Source: Octopus bimaculoides (Eukaryota). From it: a stretch of 35,616 nt of DNA. Both the position numbers and the translations under genes were made by a program. The stretch covers positions 30,532,931 to 30,568,546 of the forward strand of contig NC_068995.1 of the NCBI RefSeq assembly GCF_001194135.2, written 5' to 3'. Positions 1 to 11,112 of the stretch are shown piece by piece. The notes below the pieces were generated by a model that did no database searches, was not told the DNA's origin, and saw only the letters and a list, made by a program, of their open reading frames with translations. The stretch's first letter is position 1; every line of letters begins with the position of its first letter.

Positions 1-72
<72 letters not shown>
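1..72. repeat. Compound (TC)n-(CA)n microsatellite
   Basis: Directly visible dinucleotide runs at the window start. Confidence 0.98.
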
Positions 73-73
<1 letters not shown>

Positions 74-1634
74 TCGTTCACTCGTCTTCTATGAATCCAC
101 ACGCAAATATCTTTTAAGCAATGAGCGAGTATGTCATTAGTGACAGAATAACACAGCAGCTGGATTGGTTGGTGTCATCATGTTTGATTTATTTGGATAG
201 CCTGCTGGCAAAAGCCTGAAGGCTGATGGCTGATGGTGATGGCTAGAAGCGCTGATAATAGTGATGGTGTGTGGGAGAGATTATATAACTAACAACTCCA
301 TTCATTCAGTTCAATATTACTGATTTTATATTACTTAGACAGCTTTACCAAAACCAACCCAACCCCACACGCCAATCGGAAAAGAATACTGTCACCAAAG
401 ACTGGTATAAAATTACTTTGGAAATAATGGTCAGTTAAGAAAACATCACAACAGTAACATCATTAGTCAAGGTTAATTGTTTTATATATTGTTATTAAGA
501 CCAATTATTATCATCATCATCATCATCATCATTATTGTTACTTTTATTGTTTCATTTATAGTTCTTGTTTTCTTTCTTACGCTTGCTGGGAATTTTGCAG
601 TATCCTGTTCTATTAATGTCCTTAGACAGGACAAATTATATGTGTCTATCTGACTGTTTGACTTAATTTACGTATCTTGAAGCAACCGTCGACAGACTAA
701 GTAAGAAATAAATTTCTCTCTACGTCAAACGGAAATATCAAGTGTTGGACATTATTATACCATAAAAGCGTTTTTCACAGCGATATAGAACTAAAACCAA
801 AACAAAAAGAAAACAAAAATGATAAATTTAAAAAAAACTATAACGAAACGAAAATCACAACAAAACAAGCAACAAATAAGGTAAGTCTACCACAAAAAAA
901 AACAAGACTGAAAATAACAGAACAGTGAACAGAAATCCATTGTAATAATTATTTCAATATTTGATAAATATTCTTGCTTTTAGTGATCAGATGTCATCAG
1001 AAGATTGCATCTCAAGTCTCCACATACACAATCTGCTATGAGTTATGAAATGAGAAAAAGCAAAGAAAAATGCAAAACAAAAATTAATTTCTCCAAATAT
1101 CAAAATATATTTCTAAGGACACTGTAATGCGATTCTGATAATCCAACTCTCTTGCAAATAAATAAATAAACAGGATCCGATTGTATTCGACATCTGGATT
1201 AGGTCTACTGACAATGTTTAATCATAATAAAGAAATAGTTGATGTACATTTATTAATTTAGCTTCATTTATATCATATCATGTCTTCTCTCCATTTTTTT
1301 TTCTGCTAGATAGTCTCATGTTTCCTCAGACACTCAGCATTCACTCTCTCCATCTCTTCCTTTTGTCATCCATACTCTGTCCACTCTCAGTTTATTCACT
1401 GACCATTATTGTCATACACTGTCAACTCTGAGACCTCGCTCTAACCCTCTCAGAAGGTCAGTTCCCTAGAATTTCCGCCCGAACCATGTTTATTCCTGCA
1501 ACCATCAACTTGTAGCAATTCATCAAACGCATCGATTTGATCTGTCTCGAAGGGTTTGTCCTCCTCCGCCACTAGTATCCAATACACATCAATCACGTTC
1601 TCAATAATAATAAATATTTTTTGTAGATCACTAT

Positions 1635-2550
1635 TCTGAGTTCAAATCACGCTGAGGTGAACTTTGCCTTTCATCCTTTCGGTGTCGACATAATAAAGTA
1701 CCAGTTGAGCATCGGGAGAATGTAATCGGCTAATCCCTACTTGATAAAATTACTGGCTTTATAACATAATTTTAAACATTTATGGGAGCGACCTTGGCAG
1801 AATTGTTAGTATATCGGACTAAATACTTATCGGCATTTCTCCTGGCTCTTTCAGTTCTGAGTTCAAATTCCGCTATGGTTGACTTTGCCTTTCAAACTCT
1901 CGGAATTAATAAAATAAGTATTAGTTAAACACTGGGGTCGATGTAATCAACGAGCTTCCCACCTTAAAATTGCTGGCGTTGTACTAAAATTTGGAGCAAT
2001 ATTTTGAGTTCATACCCTGCTGAGGTCGGCTTTGCCTTTTAATATTTCGGGGCCGATATAATAAAGTACCAGTCTAGCACTAGGAGAATGTAGCTGACTA
2101 ATCCACTCCCACTGGCCTTCTACCAAAATTCGAAACATTTATGGCGATGGCCCGGAAGAATTGTTAGCCTATCGAATAAAATGCTTGGAGGCATTTCTTC
2201 CGGCTCTTTTCTTCTGAGTTCAAAATTCCGTTGAGGTCAACTTTGCATTTCGTCTTTTGGGGTTGAGCAGTGAGTTGGTTATCGACCAACTTTCTTCCAA
2301 CAAAATTTCATTCCTTGCGCTTATAATGGAAAGGATTATTATTACTACTAATGATAGTCAGTTAGCTAAGTGGTTTGTACATCGAACAAAATGCTTTTGA
2401 GATTTTAGTTACAGTTCATAACGATCTGCGTTCGTATCTTACCTCGGACAACATTACTTTTCATTATTCCAAGGACGATAAAATAAAGTGTCACACCTCC
2501 ACTTCTGGATTCGAAGATATCGACTAACTCTTATCCTCAAACTTACTGGC
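1635..2550 (+). mobile_element. Tandem cluster of 5 tRNA-derived SINE copies/fragments (Meta/MESC-like core): ~1635-1783, 1784-2001, 2003-2139, 2143-2345, 2355-2550
   Basis: Recurrent modules: A-box-like GGCAGAATTGTTAG (e.g. 1796), B-box-like CTGAGTTCAAAT(T)CC, core GACTTTGCCTTTCATCCTTTCGGGGTCGATAAAATAAGTACCAG, tail AAATTGCTGGCCTT. Homologous to the best-preserved copy at 15029-15260. The last copy is very decayed. Confidence 0.85.
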
Positions 2551-2670
2551 CTTTTTAACAGCGTGTCAGAAAGCAAATGTAACAAGAGTTATGATCTCTT
2601 AACAGTTAGTGCCTAAGTTTAGGGCTATTTATGAAACAAAGTAAGATCCCGAACAAATTTCGCCCAGACA
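2551..2670 (+). repeat. ~120 bp unclassified direct repeat, copy A (copy B at 3896-4024)
   Basis: TTTTAACAGCGTGTCAGAAAGCAAATGTAACAAGAGTTATGATCTCTTAACAGTTAG...ATGAAACAAAGTAAGATCCCGAACAA aligns with 3896-4024. Confidence 0.85.
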
Positions 2671-3037
2671 TTCTGCAGTTACACAGTTTTAGTGTTGTAA
2701 CTAGTTTAATCATACTTCCTATCGAACTATAGCCTATGGTCGAACATGAGGAGCGCTTTCTGTCCCTTTTGCAAAGGCCCTTTTATGCTACTCGTATTCT
2801 GTTCCTACTTTGTATCGAGGAATTTCCAGATAATTCTTACTGAACCAAAGAAACAGGGTTTCTGCGCTGCACTCATTTCCAGATCAAGATCTAGTTTTTT
2901 TTATATTTACTCTCCCTGTCCAAAGACCCAATCAGAATAGGCCGATTCGTGACAATATTAATTTCTTAGTTACATCATTTGAGAATTTCTTACTCCAATT
3001 CACTACAATATTTTCATTTATATTTATATATAGACAC

Positions 3038-3198
3038 GTACGCATGAATATGCTTTTAAGAAGTTTTCTTTGGAATCACGTGATTACAAGTTCGCCTCCA
3101 TTGCACGGTATGTTAAACAAGTGTCTGTGTTAAACAAGTGTTTCAGATTGATCAATATCTTGTGAGTGGAGTTTGGTACACGAAATTATGCTGAAGCA
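3038..3198 (+). mobile_element. Decayed 5' half of CORE-type SINE
   Basis: AAGAAGTTTTCTTTGGAATCACGTGATTACAAGTTCG...TTAAACAAGTGT...CTTGTGAGTGGAGTTTGGTA...CTGAAGC is colinear with the 30951-31111 copy. Confidence 0.55.
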
Positions 3199-3895
3199 TA
3201 TTGATGTTTAATCGATTAATCTGGTGTTATATTATATGTATCTTAAGCAAACTTAATCTCTTGCCAGCTTTGTGATATTAGGAAAATGGAATATAGCAAG
3301 TGACTTTTTACCGTCTACAGTAATTATACAGATATTATTATGAAGGCCAGAGAATGTTTTTACCATGGGTGAAGGTTATGCAAAATCTATCTTATATCTG
3401 TATGGATAGATTTAGTGGGACTGAGGTACGTAATCAGTTAGAATTATAGATTCTAGTTATACTCGAATTGTAAGACCTTAGAAGTAAGATGATATGAGAA
3501 AGCGAACTTTGTAATTATGTACAAAAATAGCAAAAAAAAAATAGAGTAAGAAAGCTGTAACAAGTAACAAGTGATATTAGCATAGTAAACTTTTTAACTG
3601 TTGCTATTGTAACATTTAAAAAGTTGACTACGCCAGTATTAATTGCATAACCACGCTCTCGTTTCATCTTGAAATCTAGTAACATATGTAAAAAAAAATC
3701 AAGCCTTTCGTTGGGTGAAGCAACCTTTGATAAAGCAGCCAATTATTATATTGCATTAGAAATTTACACTTAACAACAATGGTTGCTCACACATCAAAAA
3801 ATTGCTGAATGTAATTCGGTTTAACACACTATTTAGCTTAAACGTAGGAATATCGTCAATACGAAGCTCTGCTACAGTAGTAGCATAACTGGAAA

Positions 3896-4024
3896 CTTTT
3901 TAACAACGTATCAGAAAGCAAATGTAACAAGATGCACACAGAGTTATGATCCCTTAACAGTTAATGCTTGAGTTGGGGTTTATATATGAAACAAAGTAAA
4001 ATCTTGAACAATTACACACAGACA
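3896..4024 (+). repeat. ~120 bp unclassified direct repeat, copy B (with a ~10 bp insertion)
   Basis: TTTTTAACAACGTATCAGAAAGCAAATGTAACAAGAtgcacacagaGTTATGATCCCTTAACAGTTAA...ATGAAACAAAGTAAAATCTTGAACAA. Confidence 0.85.
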
Positions 4025-4249
4025 GAACAATCCTATATTGGAATAAATTAAGGCAGCTCTAAGGGATGCTACATGAACCATCATCCCATCTTCAGGAATA
4101 AAAATAATCGATACACAATAGTTTAATCCAGTCATGTATGGCATTTAATGAAAGACTGTGTAAAAAGAATTTTGTATTTAATGTCCCATAATTAAGCGCA
4201 GTAGCCATACAGAAACATAAGCAAACAATATCAACATTGTATGACCCAG

Positions 4250-5545
4250 AATAAAAACCTAGAACTGCTTCAGCAGATGATTTGATGCTGTCACGAAGAT
4301 TACGCTACAAGACTTCAAGATCACTGCTTTCTTCTATATTCTCAAGTTTTGAATTTAGATGTTTCAAAATTTTGTGTCGTTTCAGGATTTTTTAAAGAAG
4401 ACACATTTATTCTCGGAGGAATATTGGATCTCAATGTCCTCTTTGTGTATGGTTTAACTTTGTGCATGGTTTAACCTTACTGCGAACCATTCTGTGATCC
4501 GAGTAACACTCGGGAGTTTTGTGAGCTCTAGTTAAGCTGACATCACTGCAGTCTTTGCTCTTACTTATGATACAGTCACACATGTGCCAGTTACTAGATC
4601 GAGGATACTTCCAGAAGTTTTTATACTTATCTGCATGCTGAGATATTGTATTTGTAATTATTAAACAGAATTTACTGCTTGCATTCATCTTTCCTGTTCT
4701 ATATTTTCCCATTACACACAGACAGAACATCAATACGACTTTATCATGATATAGACTTTTACTGATAACTATTTGCAATTTAGAGTAGAAAATGTTATAT
4801 TCTTGTTCAAATGCTGATAAAGTAGTTGCATATGCACTGATAAGGTGCATAAATGAGGAATTACCTATGGGTATACGAAAGGTCAAGAGATGCTTATCAG
4901 CAGCTTAAGGGATGGGTGGCAATTTACGGAGGAAAGTCGATTTAATAGCAAATCCAATACCATGAATTCTTGGCTCATCTGCCAGCTTTCCGCTCAAAAG
5001 AAAAACACGTATAACCACTGCCAACTTCTAATTCCCCTGTATCCGCGTGCCTAATTTTACCCAGAGGACCAATATCAATATTATGTAAGCTTGTTACCTT
5101 TGCAGTTAGTGCTATTTCTCGTTCTATATGGCATTTGTTATCTTGTAAAATTCTTACATTCCAACAACCAAAGATTAACATGTTTATTTTAGTTTTCTTA
5201 TCTTTATCTCGACAGCAATAAACTGGTTGACCAGACGTTTGCAGTTAATGCTAAGCTTATTGAAGACAACACTTTTTTTAGGGTTCCTTTTCTCCTCCAG
5301 CCTCTAATATCGGGGAAGCAGTGTCACCATAGGACTTTCAACTCACCTTCAAACTACCTCCTCAATGAAGTTGCTTTAAGTGGTTACAGCCTTGTGTCAC
5401 TCTCTCTTTTCCAAAAAGCCTAGACTCCGGTGCATATTAATGTCACGTAGGGGAAAGGCTATCTGGATGCAGGGCCGGTGACTCGGGAGCGCCCAAGATT
5501 GAATTTGCTTAGACTTCAATAACAGATGAAGCTCCCTCAGTGTTA
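4250..5545 (-). mobile_element. RTE/BovB-like LINE, 5' portion only (5' UTR + apurinic endonuclease domain), pseudogenised
   Basis: Minus-strand peptides LIFGCWNVRILQD...NIDIGPLGKIRHADTGELEVGSGYT (4975-5181) and LISAYATT...FY...ITNT...WKYPRSSNWHMCDCII...DVSLTRA...SDHRMVRSK (4431-4886) match RTE APE motifs (WNVRTL, ETRL, SAYAPT, ITNT, HPRSKHWHLIDY, TDHRLV). Continues as RINVSSLKNP...LRDSIKSSAEAVLG to ~4255. Several frameshifts and stops. Confidence 0.9.
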
Positions 5546-5548
5546 TAT

Positions 5549-5644
<96 letters not shown>

Positions 5645-5668
5645 AATAACAACAACAACAACAACTAC
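5546..5668. repeat. Compound triplet microsatellite (AAT)n-(GAT)n-(AAC)n
   Basis: Directly visible; abuts the 5' end of the RTE element. Confidence 0.98.
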
Positions 5669-6189
5669 CTGAATATGTAAACATGCCTTTTATTGCAACA
5701 ACGCAATTAAATGCACAATACAAAAATATTAAGGAGGTAAGCACTTGCCAATATATACAAACTGCACAATTGCAAAAACTGTAAACCACAGGAAACTTAT
5801 AAAAAGAAAAGAAAAATTTCAACGAAAAAAGAAAAAAAAATCAGAAATACAATAATTCAACGATTAATATGATAGATGCCATTACTTGAAGATTTACCAT
5901 TGATGTGGCAACATTTGAAATATTGTCTAGGTAAATGAAGCTGATGAGGACTGATCAGATTTACGTTGTGAAACGTATTTGAAGAGTCTGAAACCTGGGT
6001 ACTGCATTATCCTTAATCTGGGTTGTCCATTTTTGAATGTTCTTCGTAAGGTAAGACAAGTTTTTCATGTTTGTTGCACACACGCATTTTTGCCAGTATA
6101 TACGCAGTGAAGCTATACAATAGCGTCGTATTTATATCGATTGCTATTGTCCAGTAAATATCGGTGCCTTGTTGTACCACTTCTGAATT

Positions 6190-6250
6190 TATATATATAT
6201 ATATATATATATATGTGTGNNNNNNNNNNATATATATATATATATACATA
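6190..6250. repeat. (TA)n microsatellite with a 10-N gap
   Basis: Directly visible. Confidence 0.95.
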
Positions 6251-6589
6251 TAATGATTTTTTAAATGAGTAATTAAAAATAGAACAAGGTGAATTGGTTC
6301 TTTTCAAGGCCAAAGTCAGCACTCTCATTGATCTCTACTAGTAATAAACACATTCGACCTCTGCTGACACCTAAGGGTGTGAGGCCTCTTTTGTCTCCTT
6401 ATCATACAGGAATACCCATTGCTGATCCCTTCACTGTCTGCCGAATCTATTTACAGACCTATGGAATTTAATCTATTCACGAAGCTGTTTCTCTTGCTCC
6501 TACTATTCCCTTAAACGCTCACATATTTATGATTATCTCAAGTACAAAACAAAAGTTGAAACTAAACAACATTTAACAATATCTTTTGA

Positions 6590-6755
6590 TAATAAATGAA
6601 AATAATAATAATGACAGTTATGATAGTGATAATAAAAATAATGATAATAATAATAATAATTTAGCGAAAAGTCATGTCGTATCAGAGGAAATATTAACGA
6701 TGGCAAATAGTAAAAAAATGAAAATAATAATATCAGTGATGATAATAATAATAAT
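6590..6755. repeat. Degenerate (AAT)n/(GAT)n tract
   Basis: Interrupted AAT/GAT triplets immediately upstream of the Dong-like element. Confidence 0.9.
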
Positions 6756-9449
6756 GAACGGGAGCGGATGGAATCTCCCTATGCTCTGATTGATGATACA
6801 TTTAGTGATGGTGGCACAATAAAAACACTGGTAATTGCGTAACCTGATAATCACTGTCTCATATGAGTGACAATGAAAAAACAAAATATTGTGAATAACG
6901 GTGGTAATGAAACTGAAGCCCTTGACAGTGTTACACTCAGCAGGATCAGAGATTCTGGTCCGACTCCAACCTATCGTTATTCAGTAAGGGACCAGCAAAC
7001 ACGGCGTAGATTGAACAAACAAGTCAATGCTGTGGTCATAGAGTGTTACTACCTGAGCAACCCCGTAGACGAAAATGGTGTTCATCTTAGGGGATACCGA
7101 CAACGTATGTAGGATCAATGGAGAGAAAGAGGATTGTTTTAACTCACGGAACAGAGATTATGTGATTAAGCTAGAGCAATAAGAAAAAATCTTTAGTTCA
7201 CAGAAGTAGAGCTCAAAGCTATCAAAAGACGGGTATTGGAAAATAGCAGCAGAGGAAACGATGAAAATACAGTTCCTGCTGATAAAAATAATCTCATAGC
7301 AGGTAAAATTTCTAATAAACCACAGGAAAGGAACAGTGATAGCTTGTTCGATGAAAGACATATAGATGGTTTGGAAGAAAACAATAAACTAATGGTGACA
7401 TGACAGATGGGCAAAAAGCAATCTACGACAGAATAAAGGCAAGGCTACAGGAGAACGATGATGACATTATTGGCAACCTTAAAAAAGGTTGATCGGTGGA
7501 AATTGAACCAAGATACGAAAAATGTGAATAAAATTCTGAAATACATCAGAACAAAAACATTTTGATCAAGGCAGCAAGTATTGTTGTAGCAGAAAGTGTG
7601 GGTGTTGATGTCAAGAAAAAGAAATATAATGGCAGTGACAAAAGAAAAGATCCATGGTGGAAAAGAAGAATACAGGTGGGGTTAGATATGCTCTCGAAAG
7701 ACATTTCTGTGTTAGACCGAAAAGAGAAGGGGGAGTTTAAAAGAGAACAAAAATACAGGGCGCTGAAAAGGAAGTATGATATAGAAAGAAAGGACCTCAA
7801 AGTGGTAATAGAGGAACTGAAATAGCGCCTCGTTGCAAAGAAAGCAAAGATGGTAAGGTACGACCAAAGAATGAAGGAATACCAGCAGAATAAGTTAATC
7901 AAAGTAGATCAGAAGAGATTCTGCAAAGAAATAAATGGAGATTGTACAGATGAAAATTTGATACCAGATAACATTGAAACTCAAAGTTTTTGGAGTGACA
8001 TCTGGAACAAAGACAAGGAGCGCAAGAATGATGCTGAATGTTTGCAAAGGCTGGGTATGTATTCAAAAGCCGCCAACAAAAAATCAACCACTTGTTATGC
8101 ATGGGTGACCTCAAACTTAATGGTAAAGATGAATCCCAAGTCAGTTCCCTCATTGATACGGTGTATACCTTCAGTGCTGATATCAGAAAGGAGTTCGAAC
8201 TGAAAAAGTGTGGTGTGTTTGTCTTCAAGAGAGGCAAAATTGAATGTAAGGATGGGCGAGCTATACCGTCGGGGGAGGTTATGAAGCAAATAGAAGAGAC
8301 AGGCTATAAGTACTTGGGGATTTTGAAAATGGATAAATTGATGGAGAAAGAAATGACAGAAAAGTTTAAGGTGGAGTACTTGCGCAGACTGAAACTGATC
8401 CTTAAGTCGAAATTAAACGGACGGAATAAGATTGAAACTATCAACACCTGGGCGGTTTCACTCCTCAGATATGGAGCAGGGGTAATCGCATGGACAGTAG
8501 ACGAACTAAACAGCTTAGACAGAAAGACAAGGAAGTTGCTGACCAGATATGGGATACTCCACCCAAAAAGTGACACATGCAGACTGTATGTACCAAGACT
8601 GTATGTACCAGACTGTATGTACCAAGAAAAAGATGAGGAAGAGGACTGATTGGATGCGAACACAGCATTAGAGCAGAAGAAAACAACATAGCATGGTATG
8701 TAAAAAATGCCATAGAATCATTATTATTGGAAGTAAGATGGTCAGACTTCTGTAGGATGGAAGACTGAAAAGATAAAGCACTTTACAAGCACTTGAGAAT
8801 AAATGAAACTGAAAATAGGTGCATAATGAAAAGAATGCATGGACAATTTCATAGGGATGACAGAGAAAAAAGATGGCTAGGGATGACTAAAAGTGATTTA
8901 AAACCGGAAACGGAGGCTCTAATCTGTGCTGCCCAAGAATTACATCAAATACAGATCAGAAAGTGATAAGTGCAGAATTTGTGGACAAAATGGTGAAACC
9001 GTATGACATATTACCAGTCAATGTACGCCACTAGCCCAGTGCGACAATGAGATAGAGAATAGGAAACCAGTCAATTGAGAAAGAAAGCAAACGATACTGG
9101 ATCATAGCACGCCCAGCTGACAACAAGGTATGCGATAAGGAAGAAAGAAAAGTCGATAGATATGACAGGTTAGCTTGGGAGGTTAAACAGTTGTGGTCGA
9201 TGAAAAAGGTGGTAGTAATACCAATATTTGTCGGAGCCCTGGGAACAGTGAGTAAAAATCTTGAGAAGTACATGGAACAAATAGGGGCTGCAATAAGGGT
9301 GGAGCACTTGCAGAAAACAGCACTGCTTGGAACCACTCGATTACTCCGGATGGTGCTCAAAAAATAAGGGGTATTACCTTAATTCACTGGGAGCGAACAG
9401 CTAGCACCGTAGTACATCACCAGCGTTAGAAGCTGTGCAAAAAAAATAA
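6756..9449 (+). mobile_element. R4/Dong-clade non-LTR retrotransposon (RT + CCHC + restriction-like endonuclease), both ends present, internally deleted, inactive
   Basis: N-terminal VVIECYYLSNP...GYRQRM...TEQRLCD*ARAIRKN motif typical of Dong/Rex6; DPWWKRRI and ...NKLIKVDQKRF...FWSDIW; RT C-half INHLLCMGDLKL (FMDD degenerated), LKKC...KRGK, GYKYLGIL, SKLNGRNKI...INTWAV, LHPKSD..RLYVPR; MHGQF, ETEALICAAQE, CRICGQNGETV*HITSQC (CCHC); C-terminal VVVIPIFVGALGTV...LQKTALLGTTRLLRMVL. Many stops and frameshifts. Confidence 0.9.
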
Positions 9450-9487
9450 ATGATGATGATGATGTTGATGAGGATGATAATGATGAT
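9450..9487. repeat. (GAT)n tract (3' tail/target of the Dong-like element)
   Basis: TGATGATGATGATGTTGATGAGGATGATAATGATGAT. Confidence 0.95.
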
Positions 9488-9991
9488 ATCCTGATGCAGT
9501 ACCAGGCAGTGACTCTCATGGCTTTTGATCTGATTGGAAGGGCTACCATGTACGTTTTGACTTGGTATAAAAGATGAGCTACAGCAAATATTCTGCTTAA
9601 TACCACAGATTTGTTTGTCAGTTGTTTGACCTTAACCAGTTAAGTATGTCCCTTAGTGGCTGACGATATGTGCATCTCTGATCACGAGCAGTAGTGGGGG
9701 AGCATCATAGCCATGTGTTGAGAGGAATTCTTTGAGGTTTGAATAATTCACCCCTGGAAACATGGGTGTTTTGTTCATCATCCTTAAAACAAACCTCATT
9801 CAGTGACCTTTTGAGCAGGATGGGCTACTCGACCTGGAGAAAATTCTAACTGGGCCCCACCTGCAAGGCCATGTCGCGCACAAATGGTTGTGATGAATGT
9901 GCCTGGTGTACCCATATCAGACGAGTGTATACTAGCCTTTGTATATTTGTGCCTCCGTGTCACTTTGATGGCATGCGCTGCTCTGTCACTC
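9488..9991. mobile_element. ~500 bp unclassified non-coding interspersed element between (GAT)n and (AAT)n tracts
   Basis: Complex sequence, more GC-rich than its surroundings, sharply bounded by triplet microsatellites; no recognisable coding motifs. I recall similar sequence as a common octopus repeat, but it is single-copy in this window. Confidence 0.5.

Positions 9992-10026
<35 letters not shown>
9992..10026. repeat. (AAT)n microsatellite
   Basis: Directly visible. Confidence 0.98.
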
Positions 10027-10029
<3 letters not shown>

Positions 10030-10380
10030 ACACCCTTTTCTTTTAAGTACAAGATTCGTGCGATGGTAAATCTTCAAGTAATGGCATCTATCATATTAAT
10101 GAACTACAGCCTGTTAGAGTTCAACCTGATGTTATGTCACTGTTTAAATTTGAACTATTTGTGAATGTAGAAACAGAATACGGTTATTATTGTTATTTCA
10201 TCTGTAAACCCTGAAAAATGACTACCCCTATCAACATTTTCTGAAAGTACATTTAAATTATTTTAATCATTAATTTTAATATTTATATTATTTGGGAAGA
10301 TTTTTGTTTGGAGACTTTTTCCTTATTGTGTTTTTGTTTTTTATTATGTGTGGGCATCTTTAGTGTTTTTCTACTATTTT

Positions 10381-10399
10381 AATAATAGTAATAATAATC

Positions 10400-10445
<46 letters not shown>
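10381..10445. repeat. (AAT)n microsatellite
   Basis: Directly visible. Confidence 0.97.
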
Positions 10446-10448
<3 letters not shown>

Positions 10449-10524
10449 CCGGTAATATTCTGGTGAAAACCATTTCTGTCTGACTTTGCTCTTTAACAAA
10501 AATCCATCCCTAAATACGTATACA

Positions 10525-11035
10525 ATGTGTGTGTGAATATATATATATATNNNNNNNNNNNNNNNNNNNNNNNNNNNNNNNNNNNNNNNNNNNNNNNNNN
10601 NNNNNNNNNNNNNNNNNNNNNNNNNNNNNNNNNNNNNNNNNNNNNNNNNNNNNNNNNNNNNNNNNNNNNNNNNNNNNNNNNNNNNNNNNNNNNNNNNNNN
10701 NNNNNNNNNNNNNNNNNNNNNNNNNNNNNNNNNNNNNNNNNNNNNNNNNNNNNNNNNNNNNNNNNNNNNNNNNNNNNNNNNNNNNNNNNNNNNNNNNNNN
10801 NNNNNNNNNNNNNNNNNNNNNNNNNNNNNNNNNNNNNNNNNNNNNNNNNNNNNNNNNNNNNNNNNNNNNNNNNNNNNNNNNNNNNNNNNNNNNNNNNNNN
10901 NNNNNNNNNNNNNNNNNNNNNNNNNNNNNNNNNNNNNNNNNNNNNNNNNNNNNNNNNNNNNNNNNNNNNNNNNNNNNNNNNNNNNNNNNNNNNNNNNNNN
11001 NNNNNNNNNNNNNNNNNNNNNNNNNNNNNNNNNNN

Positions 11036-11108
<73 letters not shown>
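10525..11108. other. Assembly gap (N 10551-11035) flanked by (TA)n and (TG)n
   Basis: N-run with adjacent dinucleotide repeats. Confidence 0.98.

Positions 11109-11112
<4 letters not shown>

Noticed and set aside
1330-1570. Possible 3' end of a CR1/L2/Jockey-like LINE (FIPATINL)
   Set aside because: A single short motif; insufficient support.
5941-5977. CTGATGAG...GAAACGTA hammerhead-like core
   Set aside because: Core nucleotides are present but neither stem I nor stem II can be paired adjacent to the core.
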